DNA of 64,000 nucleotides, taken from Lytechinus pictus. Its lineage: Eukaryota. The stretch is from the NCBI RefSeq assembly GCF_037042905.1, contig NC_087255.1:23250001-23314000 (forward strand). Direction: 5' to 3'. This document shows positions 1 to 12,300 of this stretch, in pieces (position 1 is the first letter of the stretch; every line of letters starts with the position of its first letter). The notes under the pieces are model-generated. The model did no database searches, was not told the DNA's origin, and worked only from the letters and a program-made list of their open reading frames with translations. A program made the position numbers and the translations under genes.

Positions 1-776
1 ACATAGGTGTCGCTCTGAACTTAGAGGAAAATGAAACCGTCAGCTCTCTGCTCTAAAATTTGAAGGGATTTGACTTATCCTTATATTTATAACTTGCTCC
101 CCCCCTTATCTCTTCAGCAAATTAGTTGACCTCAGGTTACTTGTTAATGTATGCTACAATACAGTCTACACAAAAGCAGTGAACCCGTAAAAATTTGACT
201 GCAATTTACAACTTGTAAACTCCGAGGGCTATGCCCTTTTTTTATAATTGATGCAAAAAAAAAACTTTCAGGCACCTTTTATACTCAAGTGATAGGCAAG
301 TTGTTCACTCCTTTTTCTAAGACAGGTTCTCTCATTGTCAAAATCGATGATACACCTGTATAAAACCTGCATCTGTTACTTCATGTGTTATACATTCACC
401 GCTGATTCAAACACATGTTGCCGCTGCCGCCGGCCATGCATACATGTTAGGCCTGGGATGAATGTCATTTTTACCATTTGATTATTTCCTGCAAGAACAA
501 TCAAATGATTCGATTGTTGATCCGAATGATCCGAAATCACGTCTAGAATCACAATAGTTGACCTAAATATAGTGACTTCCAAAATGCAGAAAATCTATGG
601 CAAACTGTACTGGCAAAGCCACATGTTATAAAATTGTACCTCGATCATTCATAAAACATCAAGGGTGTAGAGAATGTTATGCTTCTCACAGTTGAAAGTA
701 GGACCATTTGTTCCCCCTACTCTTTGATTTCTGTGTCAAAAGGAATTACTGGGTATATGAATTAAGCTTAACTGTC

Positions 777-1190
777 AGTTTATTGTTCCACTGAAAAATC
801 TGTCCTATTAAAATGCTTTTATTATGCATCCCTCCAATTGCACCCCCCCCCCCCTCTCCCCAATGTGAACGAATCAGCCCAGATCATTGTACATGTACAG
901 TCTGGAGTCCAAATTCCAATTATGTCTTTTTTGTCTGCAATTCTCAGATTGCTTCGTTTTGAAACATGAAAGGGATTCAGTATATTCAGTGATTTAGTTT
1001 ATTGTTCCACTGAAAAATCTGTCCTATTAAAATGCTTTTTTTATGCATCCCTCCAATTGCACCCCCCTCCCCAATTTGAATGAATCAGCCCAGATCATTG
1101 TACAGTCGAGTCCAAATTCCAATTATGTCTTTTTTGTCTGCAATTCTCAGATTGCTTTGTTTTGAAACATGAAAGGGATTCAGTATATAT
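777..1190. repeat. Tandem direct duplication, two copies of about 200-215 bp
   Basis: ttttattgttccactgaaaaatctg...gggattcagtatat occurs at about 779-990 and 997-1190. Confidence 0.9.
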
Positions 1191-2192
1191 TCAATGATAA
1201 TTCTCCTGGCTCCCATCCCTATCTTTATCTCTCTCTCTCTCTCTCTAATGTCTAATCGGGATCTGCCCAACATTCGAACAGTAAAATAATTGCTAATCGA
1301 TTAGCGATTGGCGGCAAGCCATGCAAAACCATTCGATCTATTTATTTTTACTTCCAGGCCTAATAAATGTTTGTGATTGCAATGTTTTTAATCAAGGAGA
1401 GGTATTATAATATTTTATTGCGGAAAAAATGTCACCTGTTCATCTTACCCCTATAAAATATAAATATGGTGCCTCCCTTGAGAAATAGAAGACACAAACT
1501 TAGTGGCAGATGAAAGAGTGAATAATCCTTGCACCCCCCCCCCAAAAAAAGAGTAAATATTAGATTAATAAATAAGTAAATAAACAATGAAATAAAAATG
1601 AATATGAAAAATGAATTGAAAATTAAAACGAAAATCTAGGAAGGAATGTGGCGCTTGTTTTAATGTCATCTAATTTTCAGATAAAATCGGCTAGAATTTA
1701 AGCAAGGAAGCAAGTTTTTTTTAGAAGTCAGAGAGGGAAACAAACCTGGTCCATCACCTTTCCAAGTTTTAGTCCTGCCTCAAAATAAGGGGTAGTCACT
1801 CGCTACAATACTGTTCACAGACTCAGCATTGTCCTCTGTCATTGTGCATTGATTATTATTGGCACAGGCCTAATTATTCAACACCAACAATGAATGAGAA
1901 CTTATTTGCCTTTCTTACAATAAAGCTTCCTTGTAGCTTACTGCTCCTTCTAAGTAAAGAAATTGAGAACATGGTATGATTACATGAAAATAGGTAAGGA
2001 GGTGCAGTTATGTAGAATAGCTGATCTGGATTGAAGAAGGGGTAATTATCTGACAATTAATCCCTTCATTTCAGGGAATGAATAGATCAGAGAATTATGA
2101 GGGTAGGATTAGAGTGGTGGTATGATACGCAGGCAACTTTGCCAAGTCAAGTCTACATGTACTGGGATAACAGAAATTGGACTAGAAGTTAA

Positions 2193-2508
2193 AGGTTAAG
2201 TCCACACCAGAAAAATGGTGATTTGAATCAATTGATAGCAAAAAATCAACAGGCATATTGCTGAAAATTTCATCAAAATTGGATGTAATATCGGAAAGTT
2301 ATGACATCATAAATTTGCACTTATTTTTTACAAGACACTTTAATATTATGCACAACTCAGTTACATTGCGAATAAGAGAGTTTTTTTAAATTAAGCAAAA
2401 ATGTAAAATGTCATAACTTATTTTTCAATTAAATTTTGAGTGTTATGCTGTTGTATTTTTCCCTTTTGAGTAAAATCAACTTTTAATTTGGGTGGACTTA
2501 TCATCCTT
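2193..2508. mobile_element. TTAA-type (Kolobok-like) MITE, internally deleted copy of the 16812 family
   Basis: ttaa|aggttaagtccac ... gggtggactt; internal similarity to 16812-17411. Confidence 0.65.
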
Positions 2509-2618
2509 CAAGGCACGTTTTCAAAATTCTGGTCTAAAAAATTGATTTGACTGCTTGAGGTGAATATTAAAGTTTACATACATGTACCTGTAATTGGCAT
2601 TTCCACAAGCATTTATTT

Positions 2619-2960
2619 AGGGTTCCCACAGTCATGGAAAATTTTGTGGTCAGGGAAAAGTCAGGGAATTTGGAAAATTTGTGAAGAGTCATGGAATTGT
2701 GTTCAAGATAATTTTAAATTTTGGGTTTTGGTGAAACGAAAATAGTACCCTGGTCTGAAACAGCCCATATATATACTAATGATAATAGATGTACATGTCA
2801 TGAGTAAGATAGTGGGTGGAACGGATGGCTGTGAGGGGAGGTGGAGGCCATCGTAACATGTCTGATATTGGAAACCGTGCCAGAAAGGAAGTCATGGAAA
2901 GCAGCAATTTAGTCATGAAAAAGTCATGGATTTCTGTTTTCAAATTTCTGTGGGAACCCT
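2619..2960. mobile_element. MITE with TIR AGGGTTCCCACA
   Basis: 12-bp perfect terminal inverted repeat, internal gtcatggaa repeats; no clear TSD. Confidence 0.7.
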
Positions 2961-3327
2961 GTTACTGATCAGTAATGACTACTGTTCACAATTACATGAA
3001 GGAGAATGCATAATTTTTTTTGTTTGGTTTATTGATATATTTTATCAGCAATATTCAGTATGTGAGAAAGGTTCAAGAAATTGAGAAAAGATAAATTAGA
3101 TTGTAAATTTGATGCATTTCACATGGTTTCAGTGCTGCACATTGTAAACAAAGGTCTTGCGGATGGAAGGAACACATAATATGTAGGACTTTAAACTAAT
3201 GACTGTGATTAGAAGATGAGATGAATCCAATAAACTTCTCATTGAATAAACTTTTTAAAATGTTTTTATTGTTTATTCTATCACAACTCAAATTCTTCCT
3301 TTTCTTTCCCATATTTTGTTTTTACAG

Positions 3328-3358
3328 GGTGGTACCAGCTTTGAAAAGAAAAGTTATG
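3328..3358 (+). CDS. vasa: vasa exon ([11 protein letters not shown])
   Basis: Polypyrimidine tract + tttacag acceptor, G|gtaag donor; phase fits the next exon. Confidence 0.8.
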
Positions 3359-6300
3359 GTAAGAATTCTTCAAGCTTATCACTCACAAATGATGTAGTTT
3401 TTTCAGTTCTTAGATTGCTGCTATCAGTCCTTCAATGCCCCCCACCCCTCTTACATGTACAAATGATATGATTGGAACGATTTCTCTCTCTTCTTCATCA
3501 GAATAAACCAAAAATGTTGTTTTCATTTAGGTAGGGAAGGGGAATTTAGATCAATTTTTTACAAAGCTATCCTTATTATATTTTGTTTTAATTAAAATAT
3601 ATAGAATGATGATAACATAGTGTCATATTACACAGGATACATGTACACTAATTTATCAAATAGTTCCTCAACCCCCATACATGTACTTCTATTTCATTAG
3701 TAAATTTGATATGTTGAGGGCAAGAAAGAGTAATGACAGAAATCATGCAATCTTATTTTGGGGGCTATTTTTAAAATAAGTTTTTAACGGTAATACCAAC
3801 TCTATTAGATTATGAACATGAATTTATTCTTCTTTTCTTGTTCCAATGTAGGTGGATCAAGTTCAGGTTTTGGAGCCAAAGCAGTGAGTATACTGTGGTC
3901 ACCATATTTAAGGACAGTGATTTTCTGTTTTTAAAAATGGCCTTTTCCATTTCAGAAAATCTTAAAGGGATGGTCCGGGCTGAAAATATTTATATCTAAA
4001 TACATAGAGTAGAATTCACTGAGCAAAATGCCGAAAATTTCATTGAAATCGGATAACAAATGATAAAGTTATTGAAGTTTAAAGTTTAGCAATATTTTGT
4101 GAAAACAGTCATCATGAATATTCACTAGGTGGGCTGATGATGTCATATCTCCACTTTCCGTTTTCTTATGTTATTACATAAAATCATATTTTTTTCATTA
4201 TTTCATACTTGTGTGAATAATATGTCTCCGTTATAATGAAATAGGTTGCAGCAATAAATATCTAGTGCACTAAATCAGTTGTCAATCCAATTTTTCTAGT
4301 TCTTGGAGGAAAAAATTTGAATAAATCTAATTTCATATAATAAAATACAAAAGAACAAGTGGGGATGTGACATCATCAGTCCACCTAATGAATATTCATG
4401 ACTGTTTTTACAAAATGTTGCTAAAATTTAAAATTCAATAACTTTGTTATTTGCTATCCGATTTCGGTGAAATTTTCGGCATTTTGCTCAGTGAATTCTA
4501 CTCTATTTATTAAGCTATAAATACTTTCAGCCTGGACCATCCCTTTAAATTCCATTTCAGCATGTCAGAATTTCCGTTTCCCCATTGACTTTGTGTACAT
4601 GAAAAAGTGACAATTCCGTTTACATAGAAAATCAATATGCAATGAGTAGCAATGTCAAAATGCTCCCGCTGGTCAAAATTTGTATCTGCCACTGTACTAA
4701 CAACTCTTCAAAATCAATTTTACTCTGAAGAGATTCAAGTACAAAAACTATATAAAGAAACATAATCAACATGAATACATTCTCACCTTTCACATTATTT
4801 TATGGTTAAATGAGATTTATCGCTGATTTGGGGACTTTTTGAGCAGTTGACGACTTTCGCCTATCTGCCATTTTGGATTTGTTGAATACCGCAATCATGA
4901 TATTATGACCGAACGCAGAGGGCAGCAACACACGGCCGTGTTTCTGCCTTTATGCGTACGTGAGTGTAAACTAATTTTGATACGATCGAGCGATGGAGGG
5001 GCTCGAGTGCAATCATGATGTGTGGATTGTCATGATTGTTGTAGCAAAGTGAGATCATGTTTATTTACCAGTTGATATTCATATTTCGTTGAGGATTTGG
5101 GAGTAATTTATGTTGCTATTCTGTGCATTTTGAGAAAAAATATGTTTTCTGTGATTTTCCGTTTCAAAAGGCCAATTCCGTGAATTCTGTCCGTTTTCCG
5201 CGATCGCATAAAAACACTGTCCCTACACATTGGTGATAGTATTGTATAGAAGAGAAAGGCATGTTAAAAAGTACATGATCATATAAAACTACTGTTCTCC
5301 ATAGCCCGTCCAGAGAACATGCAAGCTCTACCAGTGACCAGGACTTGTCTGTGGACACTGACCCTAAGAAACCCAGAGCTATTGTTCAGAAAATTCACAT
5401 GACGTGGTTCCCTATGAATGCCCTTACATTACATGTACATCAGCTGGTAGAGCTTTAATACTTGTTATTATGAATAGGGAAGATAATAGCAAAGCTAATA
5501 AACAAGTTCAAGGTTAAATAGCTTTATTCAGCTACTAGTATATAGCTTATCAGTGTTTGAACACAGGCAAAAGCACAGTATATGATGCACTTTCCATTAG
5601 CTGGGGTGCATTTTTTTAAATCACTATTAACGTATTTGAAAATGTAAAAAAGAAATAATCACTGGTACAAAATATCTCTATTTGATTGAAATACAGGAAA
5701 TGACATGAATTACCTGCTTTAATTTCCATTAAAGTCTGTCGTTATAATTTGAATAACATTCAATGGAATATGTATTTTCATGAACATCAAAAGGTAGCCT
5801 GCTTCAAATGCTCGCACAATGATTTCATATCCATCAATTTGGAATAGATTGCGTAACACAAACCCCAATACCCCATTAGGAAATTTCCAATGCACTCTTA
5901 CATTTTCTTTGAAAATTGAATGTGGATTTGTTATTTCAGAATGGATTTGGCATTGGTGTGGGTCGAGGCCGAGGAAGGGGTCGCGGATTCCAATCCTTCG
6001 GAGAGCAAGGTGGTGTTGGTGGTCTAACCAACGGTACGACTAACGGTACCAGTAATGGAGGAGATAGTGGTTGGAACGATGCCCCTTCTAATGATACCAG
6101 TAGCAGTCCTTGGGATGAAAGCAGTAGTAGTGGAGCCGGCAAGCGCAGCTTTGAGAGCAAGAGTAGCTTTGGTGGTGGTGGAGGAGGAGGACGAGGTGAG
6201 TATAATTTTCTAATCTGTGGGATCAATTTTTGATTGACAGAGGGATCATATTAAGGCCAACATGTTAGTCAATTCTCTTGGGACCACAGGAATCTGTTAG

Positions 6301-9300
6301 ACTAATAACAATTTTTGTCTCACCTGCATAGCAGAGCGAGACTATAGCCAGGCGTCACTTTTTCGACAGCAGCGGTGTCGTCAACATTGAAATCTTAACC
6401 TCGGGTGAAGATTTTAAAATGAAAGTTTTATAATTGTAACAAAATGACGTAAAGCCATACATTGATTAGTCATTCCTTTGTCACGCTTTAATTTTTTTTT
6501 AACAGGTGGTCGAGATAGAGGTGGACGTAGTTTTGGAGATTCTGAAAATGGAGGAGGACGTAGTTTCGGCAGACGTAAGAACTTTCCTTTTTTCTTGGTA
6601 TTTTATTCTGTTCATGTGGATTTTTAGAATGAGACAATGTAGTCATGATCTTGCTTCATTTCCAGTCTGCCAACGCAACCAATTGCTCATCTTCTATTAT
6701 TTTGTTTCTTTATTGATCAGGCATCTGTAGAATATTGATATCTTCCATTTGCTCTTACAAATAGTACTATAATAGCTTGTCATATTACAGTCATGTTTCA
6801 TTATTTGCTCTTTCAAAAAGACATTTGCATTCCTTATGATTTTGCTTGACATTTGCAATCTTTATTACCGTGCATCAGTGATATGGGCAAGAATTATTTT
6901 TAGTTTCCTCATGTAAATTCACCCGTGCTTCAGAGCTAGAGTTCAAGGAAATTAATAGGGATGAAGTCGAGGACGGCTTCGAGCTGAGTCGCTTGTACAA
7001 AGTCTTATTGGAAAAGGTTATATCCAACAGTCTGACTCGCAACTCCAAGCCTCAACTCCATGTCTGGAAAAAAATTATCAAAAAGAAAAGATTTGATTAA
7101 CCCTAAAACCGCCACGGCCATTCCGCTGCACGAGATTTTTCTTCCGTGCCGCTTACTGACTTTTCACTTTGAAGTCTTGCACATCTTTTGAGACCAAATT
7201 CACGATGCGCGGGTATGCGGTTCGAAAATTATGCAACATAAGTGCATGTCAGACCCGAAATTGCTCCAAAACGTGATTTTGTGTCAATTTAAATTGAAAT
7301 TTCTCACCTTATTCATAAAGATATGATTACTTTTACTTTCATTTGCTGAAATTAATTGATTTTATCATAATTGTGCTTTAATGCTTTAAAAAGTTTCTGC
7401 TATTAATTTGGCGAAAGAAAAACAAAAAGTCAGAAAACAAAGAAATTCATAAAACAATAAAATACAGAAGAAATTCATTTTCAACATTCATTTTTTCATT
7501 TGTAATTGTTAATAATGGTGATAAGAATATTTACACTAAAACAATTAGCACTCTGAGCTTTTTATAGTGAATTAAAGCAAAAAGTATGATTTTGTAAAAT
7601 AAACCATACAGCCTTGTAGATTGCATCCCTAAACAGTGCAATATCGTATAATGAAAAGAAAAATTGAAAAGCAGGGATTATGCTTTCTTACTTGCAAACC
7701 TGCTGGTGTTAGAATATTAATTTCAAATGGTCATTTGAAAACTTGCTCCTTTCTCTGCATTGTGTGTAAACTAAGTGTGCGCAGTGGTATTGCTCATTCT
7801 TCATGCATTTCGTAACAAACTTTTTGCAGTTTATCCTATATAGCGCTTCATCTTACCTATTGTTGCACTTAAACCGAATTCAATTTGAGATTGATCTTTT
7901 TTTCCTTTCTCTTAATTGCACAATTTGTTATTACTCTCAGTTTGAGTGTGATCTTAAATCTGTTGCAACTCTTTGTAGGACCAACCCCTGGGCCCTGTTG
8001 TACAAAGAGTTACGATTGATCCGATCAATCGTAAATATGGCAAGCCAGCAAAGTCAACATACGAAATGCATGTTTGTTAAAAAAAAATTCTAGATATGAA
8101 TGCATATCCATAAATTCATTGATTTCTTGACAATTTGGGGTGTTCTCCTTTGATTACAAAGGACATTTTACAAATTTCCTGTAGAAAAAATTATGACACT
8201 GATGGATTTCCATAGAGTTATGATTGATCGGATCAATCGTAACTCTTTGTACAACGGGGCCCAGTTGTATATCTTTTTCACTCTGATTTTCAAACCTTGC
8301 ATTTATCCTTCACCCTTTCATCCCCATTTATCCCCCCCCCCCCTTCTCTTCTGTATAACCTTGATCTTTATCTGGGTGTCTTTGTTGCACTGCATGTTGC
8401 ATAATATATATATTTAGGTGAGGGAGGTGGTGGTGGTGGTAGCAGTGGTGGTGACAGAGCTTGTTATAATTGCGGAGAAACAGGTCACATGTCAAGAGAA
8501 TGTCCTACAAAAGAATCAGGTTTGTTGAATTACTCGTTAAGATTGACTGTTTCTCAGAAAGGATGTTATGCGATGGGTCCATTTACAGGAGAATAACTTC
8601 CTGTGCATATGGTGCATTAACAGTATATGATTAATATCAGAGACACCACAAGGAGAAGACTGAAACGCTGGAAAGTGCGCCCTACGTCATCAAGTAAGCA
8701 GACAGTCGTGTATCACTATTTTGGGTCATTTACAAAACATGAGGGAAATGGTGGAGGGGTGTAGGAATAGATGATTTTTACGTTTTAAGATTTTTTTCTG
8801 CAATTTTTTTTCTAAAATTAGAAATGAATATATCGAAGAGCTTTTGGGGAAAGAAAAGGTGGAATTATCCCCATGTGCAGCAATTGTGCCCTCTCTCTGT
8901 CTTTGTTAATATCCAAATGTTCCTTGTGTAATTTCATCTGGAGTTAGAGTGATGGTGAAGGGTGGGGTTTGATTCAATTCCAGCTTAATTTCATTTCTAT
9001 CATTTTCTAGTTTTATGTTGAAAACAGCAGTTATCAGTTGCAATAATCCTTGTTAGTGAAAATCACTCTTACAATGATTTCATTTTTTTGCTTTATATCT
9101 GCAAGGAAGAAGCACTATAAAATTGTCCTTGATTGGGTTAAAAAAGCTTAACAAGTACAAATGGTTGTTGAATGCTTGTAAAGGTGGGATGAGGGAGGGG
9201 GCAGGGCAACTATTGGATCAAGGTCAATTAGCCACACATTCAAAGTGTATTCTGGGTTTGAAGGGGGGGCAAGGCAGTTTCTGAGTTTCCAGTGGCTTTA

Positions 9301-12300
9301 TCACTATCAGGAAATATCAGATCTCATATTTCACATTATATCTTTCATTCTATTATAGGTGGAGGCGGTGGTGACAGAGCTTGTTATAGTTGCGGTGAAA
9401 CGGGTCACATGTCGAGAGATTGTCCTACAAAATCATCAGGTTTGTTCAATTACTTGTTAAGATCGACTGTTCCTCAGAAAGGATGTTAAGTGATGGGTCC
9501 CTCTAGAAAAGTATTACTTCCTGTGCATGGGGTGAATTAACAGTATATGATTAATATCCAAGCTTAACAAGTACTAATGGTTGAATGCTTGTAAAGGTGG
9601 GATGAGGGAGGGGGCAGGTCAACTTTTCGATCAAGGTCAATTAGCCCTTATTTCCTGTATTATTGTCTCACCTGCATAGCAGAGTGAGACTATAGGCGCC
9701 GCTTTTCCGACGACGGCGACGTCAACACCAAATCTTAACCGAAGGATAAGTTTTTGAAATGACATCATAACTTAGAAAGTATATGGACCTAATATCTAGA
9801 GGGTATTCATTTGTCTCGCAATCTACTATGGTCAACAAGGAAATTCGTGATCACTCTCGCAAAAGTGTTCACTAGCTTACAAGTTACAAGTAAAAATCCT
9901 GTGCGAGTTTCAGGTCCCTTGATCAAGGTCAAAGGTCATTGAACTTTGGCCATGTTGGGGGTAATTGTGGAATTACCATCATAACTCTGTAAGTGTATTG
10001 GTCTAGTTCATAGAACTTGGACATAAGAATAATCAAGTATCACTGAACATCCTGTGCAAGTTTCAGGTCACATGACCAAGGTCAATGAACTTTGGCCATG
10101 TTGGGGGTATTTTGTCGCAATACTCGCTCAAGTAATAAATTTAATTATTCCAAGGTTAAAACACAAATTCATTAAGACAATATGGCCACGCAGTTGGAAC
10201 AATCTCCCTGATGGAATTAAGTACCCAACAATTACATCATTTAAATCTAAGTATCTGAATTTCCTGGGGCTTCATCACTATCAAGAAATCTCATATTGCA
10301 CATTATGTCTTACATTGTATTACAGGTGGAGGTGGTGGTGACAGAGCTTGTTATAATTGCGGTGAAACTGGTCACATGTCAAGAGAATGTCCTACAAAAG
10401 CATCAGGTTTGTTAAATAACTTGCTAAGATCGACTTCCTCAGAAAGGATGTTAAGTGATGGGTCCCTCTACAGGAGAATAACTTCCTGTGCATGTGGTGA
10501 ATTAAACAGTATACGATAAATATCCCAATGTTAATTGTGTAATTTAAACTAGAGTTCGTGTGATGGTAAAGGGTGGGGTTCGAGGGAGGGACCTATGATC
10601 AAACTATTCTCCTTTCAATTCCAACCTGTTTTCATTTCCATCATATTCTTTTTCTATGTCCTACACAGGAGGTATCAGGAGGTTTCGCTTGTTAGTGAAA
10701 ATCACCGTTTGAAAACCATATTACAATGATTTCAATTTCACTTTGCTTTTTATCTTTAAGGAAGAGGTACTTATTATTGTCCTTGATTGGGTTGAAAAGG
10801 CTTAACAAGTATAAATGGTTGTGGAATGCTTGTAAAGATGAGAACAGAGAGGGGGCAGGGCAACTTTTGGATCAAGGTCAAAAAGCCACACAGTCACAGG
10901 TTGAAGGGGGGGGCAGGGCAGTCTCTGAATTTCCCGGGGCTTTATCACTATCAGGAAATCTCATATTGCACTTACGTCTTTGATTCTATTACAGGTGGAG
11001 GTGGTGGTGACAGAGCTTGTTATAATTGCGGAGAAACAGGTCACATGTCAAGAGAATGTCCTACAAAAGAATCAGGTTTGTTAAATTACATGTTAAGATT
11101 GACTGTTCCTCAGAAAGGATGTTAAGTGATGGGTCCCTCTACAGGAGAATAACTTCCTGTGCATGTGGTGAATTAAACAGTATATGATTAATATCCCAAT
11201 GTTAATTGTGTAATTTAAACTAGAGTTTGTGTGATGGTAAAGGGTGGGGTTCGAGGGAGGGACCCATGATCAAACTATTCTGCTTTCAATTCCAACCTAT
11301 TTTCATTTCCATCACATTCCTTTTTGTCTCGCCTGAATGAAGTTTGTTAGAGACCTAGTAATCACTTTTCTTGTTAGTCTGATCGAAAATGTTTAATTTT
11401 TTGTTCAACTTGCTCTCATTTTTTTATTGTATCCCCCGAACAGAGTTCGGAGGATACTATAGATTTGGCCGCGCCGCGTCTGCCGCAGCCGCGGAGATTT
11501 CCTTGTGAACGCTCTATCAGCTGCATTTCTTCTCCGATCATCTTCAAATTTGGCATGAAGGTCGAGTATGGTATAGCGAAGCCGCCTATATATTTTGGTG
11601 TGGGCAGAGACATCGTTGCCATGGCAACAAGAGTTTTTGTGGAAATAGCAGAGATGTCCTTGTGAGCGCTCTACCAGCTGCATTTCTTCTCCGATAATCT
11701 TTTAATGTGGCATGAAGGTCCATTATGGTAAAGCAAAGCCGCCTATTGATTTTGATGTGGGCGGAGACATTGTTGCCATGGTAACAAGAGTTTTTGTCGT
11801 GACAGGGTTCCAAACGGGGGGTCCGTCCGTCACAAACCTTATGACACAACTCCACAACCGTAAGTCACTTTTCAACCAAACTTGGATGGTAGATGGACTT
11901 GGGGGACCTGCATGTTATGCTGCAGTTGGGGGTCAAATGGTATGGTCAAAGGTCATTTTCAGGTCAACGTTAAAGTTTACATGCAAGACTCTTATGACAC
12001 CTAACTCCGCAACCGTAAGTCACTTTTCAACCAAACTTGGATGGTAGATGGACTTTGTGGGGACCTGCATGTTATGCTGCAGTTGGAGGTCACATGGTAT
12101 GGTCAAAGGTCATTTTCAGGTCAACATTAAAGTTTACATGCAAGACTCTTATGACACCTAACTCCGCAACCGTAAGTCACTTTTCAACCAAACTTGGATG
12201 GTAGATGGATTTTGGGGGACCTGCATGTTATACTGCAGTCGGAGGTCAAAGGTCATTTTCAGGTCAATGTTAAAGTTTACTTGCAAGACTCTCTTATGAC

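Noticed and set aside
1-3327. Vasa start-codon exon
   Set aside because: No convincing ATG exon with a phase-0 donor found; the ATG near 2858 lies inside a MITE. The start probably lies upstream of the window.
5936-6226. Pro/Leu-rich minus-strand ORF (also 24190-24432)
   Set aside because: Antisense shadows of Gly-rich vasa exons
10130-10255. ORF 10054-10341 as a gene
   Set aside because: Chimera of a HINE repeat, a tiny LINE tail fragment (SWNNLP...SFKS) and intron sequence
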